In this document: one piece after another, positions 11,003-21,724 of the stretch
How positions within the stretch are numbered: the first letter of the stretch is position 1
How the letters are laid out: each line of letters starts with the position of its first letter
From: Octopus sinensis
Taxonomy: Eukaryota
Assembly (NCBI RefSeq): GCF_006345805.1
Contig: NW_021829923.1
Span: forward strand, 1 to 34,684
Length of the DNA: 34,684 bases
Reading direction: 5' to 3'
Notes under the pieces: generated by a model
Databases searched by the model: none
What the model was told of the DNA's origin: nothing
Seen by the model: the letters and a program-made list of their open reading frames with translations, nothing else
Program-made: the position numbers and the translations under genes

Positions 11003-11598
11003 AGAGAGAGTAAGCTAATGTTTGGAATATACATTAGCAAGAAATTTCAGGAAAGATTTTAAAAGAAACATGAAGTTTGTATTATAGAAGTGGAAACGAT
11101 ATCGGACGGATTGGTGTCAATAGGGTTAAAGGATTTAGTCAAAATAAATCGACTCCAGTGCTTTTTTTGTTTTCAAGTCTAGTACTTCTAGTAATTCACT
11201 TTTGCCGAACTGCTATCGTTATGGCAACAAACAAACCAACACCGGTTGTCACGCGATGGAGAAAGACGTGCAAAGCCCCCCCCCCAACAAGCACACACGC
11301 ATGCATATATACATATATACATACACTTGGGATATTTTCTGTTATCTGCACTTTTTGAAATTCTAAAATTAAGTGAAAATTTTCAAATTTGGTGTATTGG
11401 TGTAATTATCCACGTTGAATCTCAGGACCTAATTCAATTGCTCCAGAATTTTTTTTTTAAGTTACAGAGGTTTAATGTTTGCTCATTTTTACCCAGTCAG
11501 AAAACAGGATTTGGAAGCTGTCATTTTCAACATTGCAACGATAGCACGTGTTTTAATATCAAACTGTAAGCAAATGAAATGATTTTTGATTTTGATTT

Positions 11599-11642
11599 TT
11601 CCAGTTTCAGCTCATGAGCTGTGGCCATGCTGGGGCACCGCC
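11599..11642 (-). mobile_element. Isolated retroposon 3' tail (ggcggtgccccagcatggccacagctcatgagctgaaac)
   Basis: Matches the tail behind the 5S copy (16818-16862) and is a variant of the family A tail. Confidence 0.65.
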
Positions 11643-11960
11643 ATTTTCGTTAAATGCGCATTTTCGTTAAATGATAGTTCCAATGCTTGGCTTCTTTCTA
11701 TGGAAAGAGGCACCAATATGTCTGTGGCTTTCGATTGGGTAAAGTTACCCAAAAATTGCAGACTTTAAAAGCTATTAACTTTTTATTTATTGATTTATGG
11801 CAAAAATGGATTTCATATCAATAATTACTGTACAAAACTACATCAATACACCAAATGTGAAATCAACTGGAACAAAGTTGAAGAAATTGGAAAGTGGCAG
11901 CCAAACAGAAAAGATCCTATATATGCCTATGTGTGCGTATAATATATATAAATAAATAAT

Positions 11961-11997
<37 letters not shown>

Positions 11998-12046
11998 TCA
12001 CTTACACAGAGTAATAAACATGAAACGAATAGACACTATGGATATT

Positions 12047-12465
12047 AGGCGCAAGCGTGGCTGTGTGGTCAGACGTTTGCTTCCCAGCCACATGGTTCCA
12101 GTCTCAGTCTTCGGAAAGTGTCTTCTGCCATAGACTCGAGCCGACCAAAAACTTGTGGGAGAATTTGATAGACGGAAATTGAAAGAGGTCTGTCTTATGT
12201 GTGTCTGTGCGCGTGTGTACGTGTGTGTGTGTATCTGTGTGTCTATGTCTGTTTGTATCTGTGTTTGTCTCCCACTACCGTTTGACAACTGGTGTTGGGT
12301 TGGTATGTTAATGTCCTCGTAACTTAGCAGTTCTGCAAAAGTGACCAACAGAATAAGCACTAGACTATAAAAAAATATAAGTACTGGGGTCGATTCGTCC
12401 GACTAAAATTCTTCAAGGAAGTGCTCCGACATGGCTGCAGTCTAACGGCTGAAACAAGTAAAAGA
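12047..12465 (+). mobile_element. SINE family A, diverged full-length copy
   Basis: Head, core and tail are all recognisable. Confidence 0.85.
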
Positions 12466-12774
12466 AAAATCACTACACCCGTTTCAGTGGCCAATTTAAT
12501 ATCAACACATTACGTCGTACAATTTGATATGCAATACTATGCATGATTATATAAGCTTATGTAATAAGGTGCTTACATAACTATGGTAGCATACGAGGTC
12601 TGATCAATAAGTATCCAGACTGTTGTTATAGTAACGAAGCTAAAGCACACAGAGTAAAGCCGCTTGACAAAAATTGACCTTGAACTCTACTAAATTTTAA
12701 CGTTCTAGCTCACTTCCGCGATTTACAGCAGTGCTTGGAAGGAACGTGTGTAGCATGTGATCGTCGCATTGACC

Positions 12775-13195
12775 ATGACAGAGAAAGTTGTCATGGTGAT
12801 ACCTGCTCAGAGGCCTGTGCAAGGTTGCAAAAAGTATATGGAGGGAAGTGTAAGAGCCATACACAAGTGTACGAGAGGTTCAGACGTTTCCAGGATGGTA
12901 AAAAAAATGTCGATATTAACGAACTTTCTGGGAGACCTGCAGCCAGCAGAATTGAAAAAAAAACATCGCAAATGTGTGTGCAGCTGTGAGGGGAAATCGT
13001 ATCACCATCCGTGAATTATCAGAGGATGTGCAGACTAGTTATGGTTCAGTTCAGTCCATTACCACTGAAGATTTGAGTATGAGACGTGTGTCTGCCAAGT
13101 TTGTGCCAAAACTGTTTTCAGCTGACCAAAAAGACACTTGGGTTTCAGTTCCATAAGATCTTGATTGTGACCAGAGCGATGAAAGCTTTTTAAAA
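12775..13195 (+). pseudogene. mariner transposase N-terminal (paired HTH) remnant, frameshifted and truncated before the catalytic domain
   Basis: MTEKV..CSEACARLQKVYG..QVYERFRRFQDG..SGRP and ITIRELSEDV..SYGSVQSI..DLSMRRVSAKFVPKL (the WVPHEL-equivalent motif). Confidence 0.9.
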
Positions 13196-13196
13196 A

Positions 13197-13277
13197 TTTT
13201 GCGTAGGCTTCTGAGCAGGTATCGTCAAAGTTTTGGCAAAATTTTATGAAGATTCTCTGTTCAACTTTCTCTGTCAT
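13197..13277 (-). pseudogene. Inverted second copy of the transposase start (MTEKVEQRIFIKFCQNFDDTCSEAYAK)
   Basis: Typical mariner N-terminus EQRxxIKFC; retains ~36 bp that are deleted from the plus-strand copy. Confidence 0.85.
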
Positions 13278-13699
13278 ACGCTATGCACCTTCCTTCCAAG
13301 CACTGCTGTTAACAGCGGAAGTGAGTTAGAACATTAAAACTTAGTGCGCATGCATAGCAGACTTTAAGGTCAATCTGTGCCAAGAGGCTTCACTCTGATG
13401 TAGCTTCGTTACTCTGGCAACAGTCCGGATACTTATTGATCAGACCACCTATATGCTATCAAAAGGTTCTCAACTATTTTTTTTTTACTTATTTGACACC
13501 TTTATTCTGATGGCCCCTCTTAGTTATTCGATGTTGAAAAAATCCTATTATATTTTTATAACAACGTATTATTAGGGATTATATGAAAAAAAATTTGATA
13601 TTTTGTGTATTGTAGAAGAATAACCAATTTATTACAGATGAATTTCAACAAAATCCTAAATGGACACCTCCTCCAAGGGCCATATTGAACTAAATAAAC

Positions 13700-13700
<1 letters not shown>

Positions 13701-13780
<80 letters not shown>
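13701..13780 (+). repeat. (GATA)20 microsatellite
   Basis: Directly visible. Confidence 0.95.
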
Positions 13781-13781
<1 letters not shown>

Positions 13782-15129
13782 GGATAGACACACACAGATG
13801 ATGGCGATGATGATGATGATGAGGATGTTGATGAGGATGACGATCAGTGTAACACACACACACACACTCACATATCGGATATATCGGTACCATATATTTG
13901 TCCAGCTCTGGATGTAGGAGTCGGTATGCAGGGTGGGCAGAAGGACTCTTAAAACAAAACAAAACAAAAACGTCACAAGAAGAACCAAAAATAAAAGATA
14001 AAATAATTAAAAGAAAAACATACGTTTCTTCCCTCTTCCTCCAGCTTCCTACCCCCGCTCCCCTTTATTTTCATTTACATTTTATTGCCGCGATGTATTT
14101 GTCTGTGCTTCTTTTGCAGGTGGCAAAACAACAGGAAAAACACACAGATCTATATATGTTTGTGTGTGTGTGTGTATATATATGTCTGTGCATGTCTGTG
14201 TATGTATATATGTCCGTGTGTGTATATATGTATCTGTGTGTTTATGCGTATGTGTGAAGGTATGTGTTTGCATGTGTGTGTTTGTGTATGTGTTTGAGAG
14301 ACCACAGGGTGTCTAAAATGTAGAAAGGTATTAATGGCCTTATGTTGAATATTTTCCACAGCTGGCAATATCGTCTGGTTTGAGTTAGCTTAGTCCGGCC
14401 TGGTCTGGAATGGTATGTTTTTGGTCAGCAGAGAAAGATCTCCGAAAAAAAACGAAAAAAAAAAACCTAACATTAAAATATATTTTCGAGGTGTTGTATC
14501 TCTCTTTAACAGATACTCAATGGATAGTGGTGGTGGTGGGGGGGGGCAGTTATTTGATGATAGCTTTAAGGGTTCTCTCGTCTTTAACCTTTAGGTCACA
14601 CTGATCATGCTTTTAAAACTCAACACTCACACACACTCACACACACGCGCGCACACACATACACACACACACAACGGGAAAAACCAAACAATATAAATAA
14701 AAATAGGCGTAAACGTAGGTTAAAAAAATGGAGAAAAATAGATGGAAAGTAGACGGGAAAAAAAGCAGATGAAGAGAACGCCAGTGAGAGCAAGAATTTC
14801 TCACCGTTCTACAAATTATTCTTCCAGTAAATAAACTAAGTTGTATTGTTTATCTCCGTGAAATTTCCAGTTTTGTTGCGATTTTTGGTGTTCTTTTTTG
14901 CCATCTCAGTTTTTTTATTTAAAGCGATTCTTGTACCAATTTTAGACAACAGATACAGTAATATCGGTCGATCGATTCATTCATTCATTGACTGCTGAGG
15001 TTGATGTTGTTTATGTCTAGATCCCTTATTGAGCAGTTCAAAAAAGGTTTCAACAGGGGCAATCCAGTCTATGCCGTATGTTGTGTCTGTGTGCATGTGT
15101 GTGTGTAAATTTTCATCATGTCGAACCGT

Positions 15130-15320
15130 TAAACTCCACGCATTTTTCTCTCTTCTTTTTTTTTCCTTCTCTCCATTTTCTTTTCCTTTTAATCTTTTCT
15201 GACGAAGAGCGTAGACTCGAAACGTCAAAGACTTTTCCATTCTTCCCGGGCGTCAAACTAATACACCTGCTTGTTTCCTCAGTTGTTTTGATGTTTTGTT
15301 TTCTGTTAATTAGAACTATA
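15130..15320 (+). mobile_element. Penelope-like terminal-repeat fragment (family P1)
   Basis: Homologous to 4170-4345 and 2410-2615. Confidence 0.65.
15193..15231 (+). ncRNA. Minimal type I hammerhead motif with intact core; predicted cleavage after C15226 (GUC)
   Basis: tctttt-CTGACGA-a-GAG(cgtaga)CTC-GAAAC-GTC-aaaga; helix III reduced to the ACGT palindrome. Confidence 0.65.
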
Positions 15321-15682
15321 TATGTGTGTGTGTGTGTATGCATGTATGTATGTGTGTGTATGTATGTATGTAGCGTCATCGAATTCCCCTCTTTATCTGT
15401 GCCTTTTTTTCTCGATTCACACACACACAAACGCGCGCACATAACACCCTCACACACACACCCCTAATACCTATATACACATCCAGGCATACCCAACACT
15501 CACACACGCATACAACACACCCAACATCATATATACCCAATATCCACACCGAACACACATATACACTCTACACATACATACACACATACACACGCACACA
15601 CATCCATACCTACACACTTAACACACACAACGCACACACACACATTAACCCAATACTACACATAATTACAGGTGGGTGAGGG

Positions 15683-15801
15683 TGGGTGGGGTTTATGTCT
15701 GCTCGTAACTATATAGGCACCTAAAACAATTAGTGAAAGCACGGTACACGTTACCAGATCATAGTCAGTTCGTTGGTGACGGTTGTGCTTTGCTATGCTA
15801 T
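15683..15801 (+). repeat. Left arm of a ~120-bp inverted repeat (partner 17319-17440)
   Basis: Near-identical to the reverse complement of 17319-17440 (3 substitutions across the ~110-bp core). Confidence 0.9.
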
Positions 15802-15821
15802 TCTTCCTTCTGTCTCTTCCT

Positions 15822-16168
15822 TCTCATTCTTGCTCACAACATCATAAGCGGAAAGTGTAACCTCTCGAAAGAGCTGTTCTTCACTCTTGCTCCAGAGTGT
15901 CGGCTGCGAGGTCACTCCGAAAAGCTCTATCTGCGACGATTTCATCTCAATCGAAGGAGAGGGGGCTTTCTCCGTCCGGGTTGCGGATCCGTGGGAAAAG
16001 CTGCCGGACGAGATGGTGAAGATACCGACGACCGCTCGGTTCAAAGTCTCCCTTGACCACAAGTGGCCTGAACTCTTTACATGAATACCACCCTGTACAT
16101 AATTCCATGTCCCCCTACATGGCCTTGCTTTTTGCTTTTTGAGCCAAAAATTAACTAACTAACTAACT
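15822..16168 (+). mobile_element. CR1-clade LINE 3' end, 5'-truncated, frameshifted
   Basis: LILAHNIISGKCNLSKELFF..RLRGHSEKLYLRRFHLNRRRG / AFSVRVADPW; (TAAC)n tail; highly similar to 29891-30439. Confidence 0.9.
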
Positions 16169-16384
16169 CTAAATCATTCATGACTAAATTGCAGCCTAAG
16201 TGATTTTCAGAATGGCACGCCTAATGAAAAATGATCTCAAAATTGTTTAGAAGTGTAACTTACCTGATGATGAGCCATTTCTCATGAGGTCCGCTTCATG
16301 GAAAAGGTTACCACTACCTGCTTTAAACCATTGAATAAAAATAAAACGAATGCATCCAGCGACATTGTAAGTGTATTCTTTGCC

Positions 16385-16688
16385 ATATTCTGAGTTCAAA
16401 TTCCGCCGAGGTCGACTTCGCCTTTCATCCTTTCGAGGTCGATAAATTAAGTACCAGTAATGCACTGGGGTCAATATACTCGACTTAATCCGTTTGTCTG
16501 TCATTGTTTGTCCCTTCTAGTGTTTAGCCCCTTGTGAGCAATAAATAAATAAGAAACGTTAGTACGCTGGGCGGTATTTCGTCTGTCTTTATGTTCTGAG
16601 TTCAAATTCCGCCGAGGTCCACATTGCCTTCTATCCTTTCAGGGTCGATAAATTAAGTTCCAACTGCGTACTGGGGTCGATGTAAATT
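16385..16688 (+). mobile_element. SINE family B (dimeric, Nin/Deu-domain-like core)
   Basis: Two ttctgagttcaaattccgccgagg...tcatcctttc..ggtcgataaattaagt modules, as in 31962-32359. Confidence 0.8.
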
Positions 16689-16807
16689 GCTTGCGGTTAT
16701 ATCACGTTGAAAGCACCGGTTCTCGTCCGATCACCGAAGTTAAGCAACGTCTAGCCTAATTAGTACTTAGATGGGTGACCGCTTGGGAAACCTAGGTACT
16801 GTGAGCG
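16689..16807 (+). rRNA. Full-length 5S rRNA-derived copy (variant, pseudogene or SINE3 head)
   Basis: gcttgcggttatatcacgttgaaagcaccggttctcgtccgatcaccgaagttaagcaacgt...tagtactt.gatgggtgaccgc.tgggaa...ctgtgagc is a typical invertebrate 5S sequence; helix I closes; no oligo-T terminator follows. Confidence 0.9.
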
Positions 16808-16817
16808 TCACACAATC

Positions 16818-16869
16818 GGCGGTGCATCAACATGGCTGCAGCTCTGAGCTGAAACTAGAGAGAAAAAAA
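16818..16869 (+). mobile_element. Retroposon 3' tail plus A-run directly behind the 5S copy
   Basis: ggcggtgcatcaacatggctgcagctctgagctgaaactagagagaaaaaaa matches the 11599-11642 tail and the family A tails. Confidence 0.7.
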
Positions 16870-17318
16870 TATTCCTGCGACAGTTCTACGATGCACCGAC
16901 GCTATTCCAACAATACTTTGGCAAAAAAAATACCCTAGTTTAAGTTGATTACAAATGAAATTAAATTAATTTCCAGCTTATATTAAATAAGTTTGCTGAG
17001 TTCATTTTCAGTTTATTAATTAGCCGAAATAGTGTTATATATATTTGATATGGTTCGTACGGTCTAATAAACAAATTGGTTTATAAGGCGGTAGAGAGAA
17101 AGAGGGAGGGGTAGATGGAAAGAGGAAGAGAGAGTGTATGAGGGATGTGAGTCATTATTTCCAAACGACAAATGAATGTAAGAATTAGTAGGAGACATGT
17201 ATATGAGTGTGGTGTATGTATGCGTATATGTGTGCATGCGTGTGGTTAAAATACCGGAAGTACAGCGGCTTGTATCAATGACTTGTAAATTGTGGCCTCG
17301 TAATTGTACTATAGTAGT

Positions 17319-17440
17319 ATAGCATAGCAAAGCACAACCGTCACCAACGAACTGACTATGACCTGGTAACGTGTACCGTGCTTTCACTAATTGTTTTAGG
17401 TGCCTGTATAGTCACGAGCAGACATATACACCCCCACCCA
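17319..17440 (-). repeat. Right arm of the ~120-bp inverted repeat (partner 15683-15801)
   Basis: Reverse complement of the left arm. Confidence 0.9.
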
Positions 17441-17451
17441 TCCACACACAC

Positions 17452-17487
<36 letters not shown>

Positions 17488-17740
17488 CCTCCCAGCCTTT
17501 GATCGAATGTTATATCCAGAATGTGATAAATAGAGGGAAAGAGGGTTGCAACAGCTCTCAGGTAGTGGACATTTTTCACCTAAGTACACAGGAGCAACGT
17601 GAAATTCAGTGAATACTCAAGGACACAACGAGCCGCCTGGGCAAGGAATCGAACCCACAATCGTAACCACTGAAAGAGTAAGTATTGTTTCGAGTCTTCG
17701 GACTCACAGAGCTGGTTCGCCAGTTTCCACGGTGTAAAAT

Positions 17741-18120
17741 TCTTTTATTTTATTCTTTCATTTGTTTCAGTCATTTGACTGCGGCCATGCTGGAGCACCG
17801 CCTTTAGTCGAACAAATCGACCCCAGGATTTATACTTTGTAAGCCCAGTACTTATACTACCGGTCTCTTTTGCCGAACCACTAAGTTACGGGGACGCAAA
17901 CACACCAACATCGGTTTTGAAGTGATGGTGGGGAGACAAACACAGACACACAAACACATACATACAAACGACAGGCTTCTTTCAACTTCCACTCACAAGG
18001 CTTTGGTCGGCCCAAGGCTATTGTAGAAGACACTTGCCCGAGGTGTCATGCAATGGGACTGAACCAGGAACCATGTGGTTGGGAAGCAAGCTTCTTACCA
18101 CACAGCTATATCTGCACCTA
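17741..18120 (-). mobile_element. SINE family A, full length
   Basis: Tail, internal CA tract, core and head in reverse orientation. Confidence 0.85.
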
Positions 18121-18237
18121 GCCAACAGAAAACTCAAATACAACTTACTATACATCAATGAGTATGTGTTTCTCCCTCTCTCTCTCTCTCTCTCTTCTGT
18201 ACCACACACAACACACATACACGCACACACACGCACA

Positions 18238-18272
<35 letters not shown>

Positions 18273-18861
18273 CACAACACAACGCACAACACACACATAA
18301 ACACGCATACATACATATATATATATATATATAGAAAGAGAGAGAAAAATATACGTTCATATGTATGTGTATGCGTGTGTGAGTGTATACATATATACAT
18401 ACACTCGCATACATACACGCATATATAGACACAACACTATCACATCCACATTCACACAGATACACACGCGTAGACATACAAACGTAACGATGTGAATAAA
18501 TTCATGTGTGTAATTAATTCTAACAGTTGAACTTGAACCTACAATCTTTTGCCTTGAACATGACATGTTGCCGCAGGAAATACTAATAGTATTAGAAGTC
18601 TCAAGTCTGTTCTGTAAATTGAAAATTTAATAGTTTTCCAATTATTTCCTGTTGGTGTCGCTGTTTCCTGCGTAAAGGATTGTTTTTGCCCGGTTAATTC
18701 ATTTCATTGACAGCCCTTGAGACACATGATGTAGACTTACACAACAACAACAAATACTTGTAATGCTGTTACTATTGCTGCTCTGGCTTCTGAACGTCCT
18801 TTTAATTTTCTGTAGATTATACTAATCATTTATACACACGTTACTATACCATATTAATTCT

Positions 18862-19140
18862 TAAGTGTTATCTTTATCTCACAAACGCTAAGCGCTGCTT
18901 TCCAAACTAAACGTAACCGTTACTTTCTACTATAATTTAAGTGTTGCGTTCCTCACCAAATCCAAGGGTTACTTTACATTATGTCTAAGTGTTACTTTCT
19001 GCGGTAAATCTTAAATGCCACGTTTCCACACTAAATCTAAGTGTCACTTTACCACACTAGATATGAATGTTACTTTACCACTCTAATTCTGTTATTTTCT
19101 ACACTAAATCTATATTATTTTCCACACCCAATGGTAACCT
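18862..19140 (+). repeat. Degenerate ~25-bp minisatellite (~11 units, consensus near taagtgttactttccacactaaatc)
   Basis: Recurrent aagtgtt/gttacttt/cactaaatc words at ~22-27 bp spacing. Confidence 0.7.
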
Positions 19141-19967
19141 TGAGTATGTTTTAACCGCCCAGTTGACTGGAATAATGTCGTTCACCAATACAGTTCAATG
19201 TCTGGGCCACAGGCAGGATAACTCCTCACTCACAAAACAATGTAATTGTTATCCAAAATGTCAGTGAGTCTTGCTCCTCTGATCTGATTGGCCTCGAGCC
19301 ATCTCCACTTATTCTCTCACGACACAACAAGTGATCCATCCCCAAGCCCAGCACTTAGCACAACCTAGTTCTTCCTCCACAGAATACTAGTTCTATAGAA
19401 TTCCTTCTCTGCCCTTGTCACCCTCTACCCATCCACAACTGTCAACTTACAGATGTTCAAGAGGACCGTTAACCGCAGCCGTTTTCGCCAAGCCAAACCA
19501 ATATAATGTCTGCTGCTACTATATCCGCCCATTGCTTCCACCACCACTCACGCGGACATTGTAGGGTCATTGCCCACACAAGGATCAACATAGCCGCTAC
19601 TGTATAGGCTCATATTTCATGACTTCATTCACTTCAGATGAGCGGGGTCTTTGTGCCTGAAATATATAAGAAGTATTAAACTTTTTTTTTTAGCATTCTA
19701 AGAAGCTCTGCGTCTTCGCCATTTTGTTTAAATAAAGTTTTTAAGTTTCTTAAAGCCTCTTCCCCCGTTGTTTCTTCTACAAGGCTAGCGATATCACGAA
19801 ACTTTCTCGAAACTTCCAGTTGTTATGAAATTATTTTATGTTTTAATATCAACGTTCGCAGAATCGTTGCCAGACAAGAAACTTTTCCGGAATAAACTTC
19901 TTTGTTGCCATCAACATCCAGCCTCTCCCAGTAGGAAGCAGCTTTGATTACTTCTGCGACTGTCTGC

Positions 19968-20003
<36 letters not shown>

Positions 20004-20141
20004 CTATCATATATATATATATATCTATATATATCTATCCACCTCCTCGATTTCTTTCTCTCTCTCCTTGCTCCTCCTCCTCTCTCCTCTCTCTCTCTCT
20101 CTATCTTTCCACCTCTCGCTTTCTCTACCCCCCTTTCTCTG

Positions 20142-20209
20142 CCAGGTCTTCACCAATCTGCAGACTGAACATGAAAGGTTTCGACCACACCCAGTCCTCA
20201 TCAGCCTGG
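20142..20209 (-). ncRNA. Hammerhead-like motif with damaged cleavage site
   Basis: ccagg-CTGATGA-g-GAC(tgggtgtg)GTC-GAAAC-ctTTCA...TGAA-ga-cctgg; helices I and II present, the GUH triplet is missing. Confidence 0.5.
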
Positions 20210-20875
20210 GTGGACCGACAAACAAAATTCTAAAGACTATTTCCTTTCTTTCCCAGGCAGAAATGACAAATAATAATAATAATAAAATATAATATTATAA
20301 TAATAATAATAATAATAAAAATAATAATAATAAGCCCTAATGCATAATAATAAATGCCCCGATGCAGACCAGAGTGGCTCTCTTGCTTCTGATCTTGTTT
20401 TCTTTTGGTATAAAAGATGGGCTACAGTAGATATTCTGCTCAATACTGTTGATTTACGTGTCAGTTGTTTGACCTTAAACAGTTGAGCATGTCCCTTAGA
20501 GGGTGACGAAATGTGCATTTCTGATCATGAGCAGAACTAGTGGGGGAGCATCATAGTCATGAGTTGAGAGGAATCCTTTGGGGTTTGAATAATTCACCTG
20601 TGAAAACATAGGTGTTTCGTTCATCATCCTTAAACAACCCTTATTCAGAGATCTTTTAAGCGGGACGGGCTACTCGACCTGAAGAAAATTCTAACTAGGC
20701 CCCCACTGATCATACGCTGTTTATCTTGGCAGGAGATCACCATGTCGCACATATGTGGTTGTGATGCATGTACCTGGTGTACCCTTATCAGACGAATATT
20801 AGGCTCCATATATTTGTGTCATTCTGATGGTATGCGCTGCTCTCTCCCTGAATAACTATATTAATCCTTTCTTAT

Positions 20876-21225
20876 TAAAGGCACAAGACGTGAAATTCGA
20901 CGGGAAGGGGTGAGTCGATTTTACTGACCCCAGTACTCACCTGGTACTTAGTGTATCGATCCTGAATGGATAAAAAACAAAGTCGACCTCGGCGGGATTT
21001 GAACTCGGGACAAGATTGATGAAATGCCGCTAAGCAATAATAATGGTTTCAAAGATTAGCACAAGGCCAGCAACTTCGAGGGAGCGGGGTAAGTCGATTG
21101 CATCGATCCCAGTATTCATCTGGTACTCATCGACTCCGAAAGGATGAAAGGCAAATCGACCTCAGCGAAATTTGAACTCAAAACGTAACGCCGGATGAAA
21201 TGCCGTTAAGCATATTATCAGGCAA
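20876..21225 (-). mobile_element. SINE family B, two tandem modules
   Basis: gaccccagta...gatcc.gaa.ggat.aaa..caaagtcgacctc.gcg..atttgaactc occurs twice. Confidence 0.8.
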
Positions 21226-21692
21226 ACTAAGAATAATAATAATATTAATAACAACAACAACAACGCCGATAGCGACGACGATGATGATGATTACTTATTT
21301 ATTTATTTGTAATTATTTTAATAAAATGCCTGGTGCTAACCGCTGCGATTTTGACCTATGATTAACAATTAATCGGAACCAAACCATGTCGCAGATTGTG
21401 AAATAAATTGCGGTACACCATATTTGATTCGTAAATAATTCATGCAAAAATAAAATAAGATAAAACAACAAAACAAAACAGAAATAACGTCAAACGTGGT
21501 GGGTTGCGTGCACATCCACCCCAACCTCCCTTTGTTACTTAGTGAGTGTAAGAATTAGTTACCATTATTCTGTCGTTTCCGTTTCTTATATTAATCAATC
21601 GCTTACCCAGCTTTTCCACCCTGTATGCACACACAATCTACTGTTGCCAACTCCAAACTCCACCATTACGGATATTTGCTTCTGGTTGTTAT

Positions 21693-21724
<32 letters not shown>

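Larger units (their letters stand above)
12594..13449 (+). mobile_element. Tc1/mariner (mariner) non-autonomous element with the 3' end replaced by an inverted 5' end
   Basis: TA at 12592-93 and 13450-51; TIR cgaggtctgatcaataagtatcc.gactgttg at both ends; inverted homology extends ~250 bp inward to the transposase start. Confidence 0.9.

Noticed and set aside
12585-13460. Reconstructed mariner target resembles an EBNA1-type palindrome (GGTAGCATA..TGCTATC)
   Set aside because: No viral sequence nearby; consistent with mariner preference for palindromic TA contexts or chance
14022-14050. Minus-strand CTGGAGGA-agagggaa-GAAACGTA
   Set aside because: The core is too degenerate and there is no helix II; at most an unprovable PLE remnant
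16264-16300. CTGATGA followed by a TGAG/CTCA stem
   Set aside because: No GAAA after the stem
16689-16807. Functional 5S rDNA array
   Set aside because: Single copy, no tandem spacer repeat, no TTTT terminator, embedded among retroposons
20330-20850. Possible LINE-derived repeat next to an (AAT)n tract
   Set aside because: It looks repeat-like to me, but there is no second copy in the window and no recognisable protein motif, so it cannot be classified from the sequence
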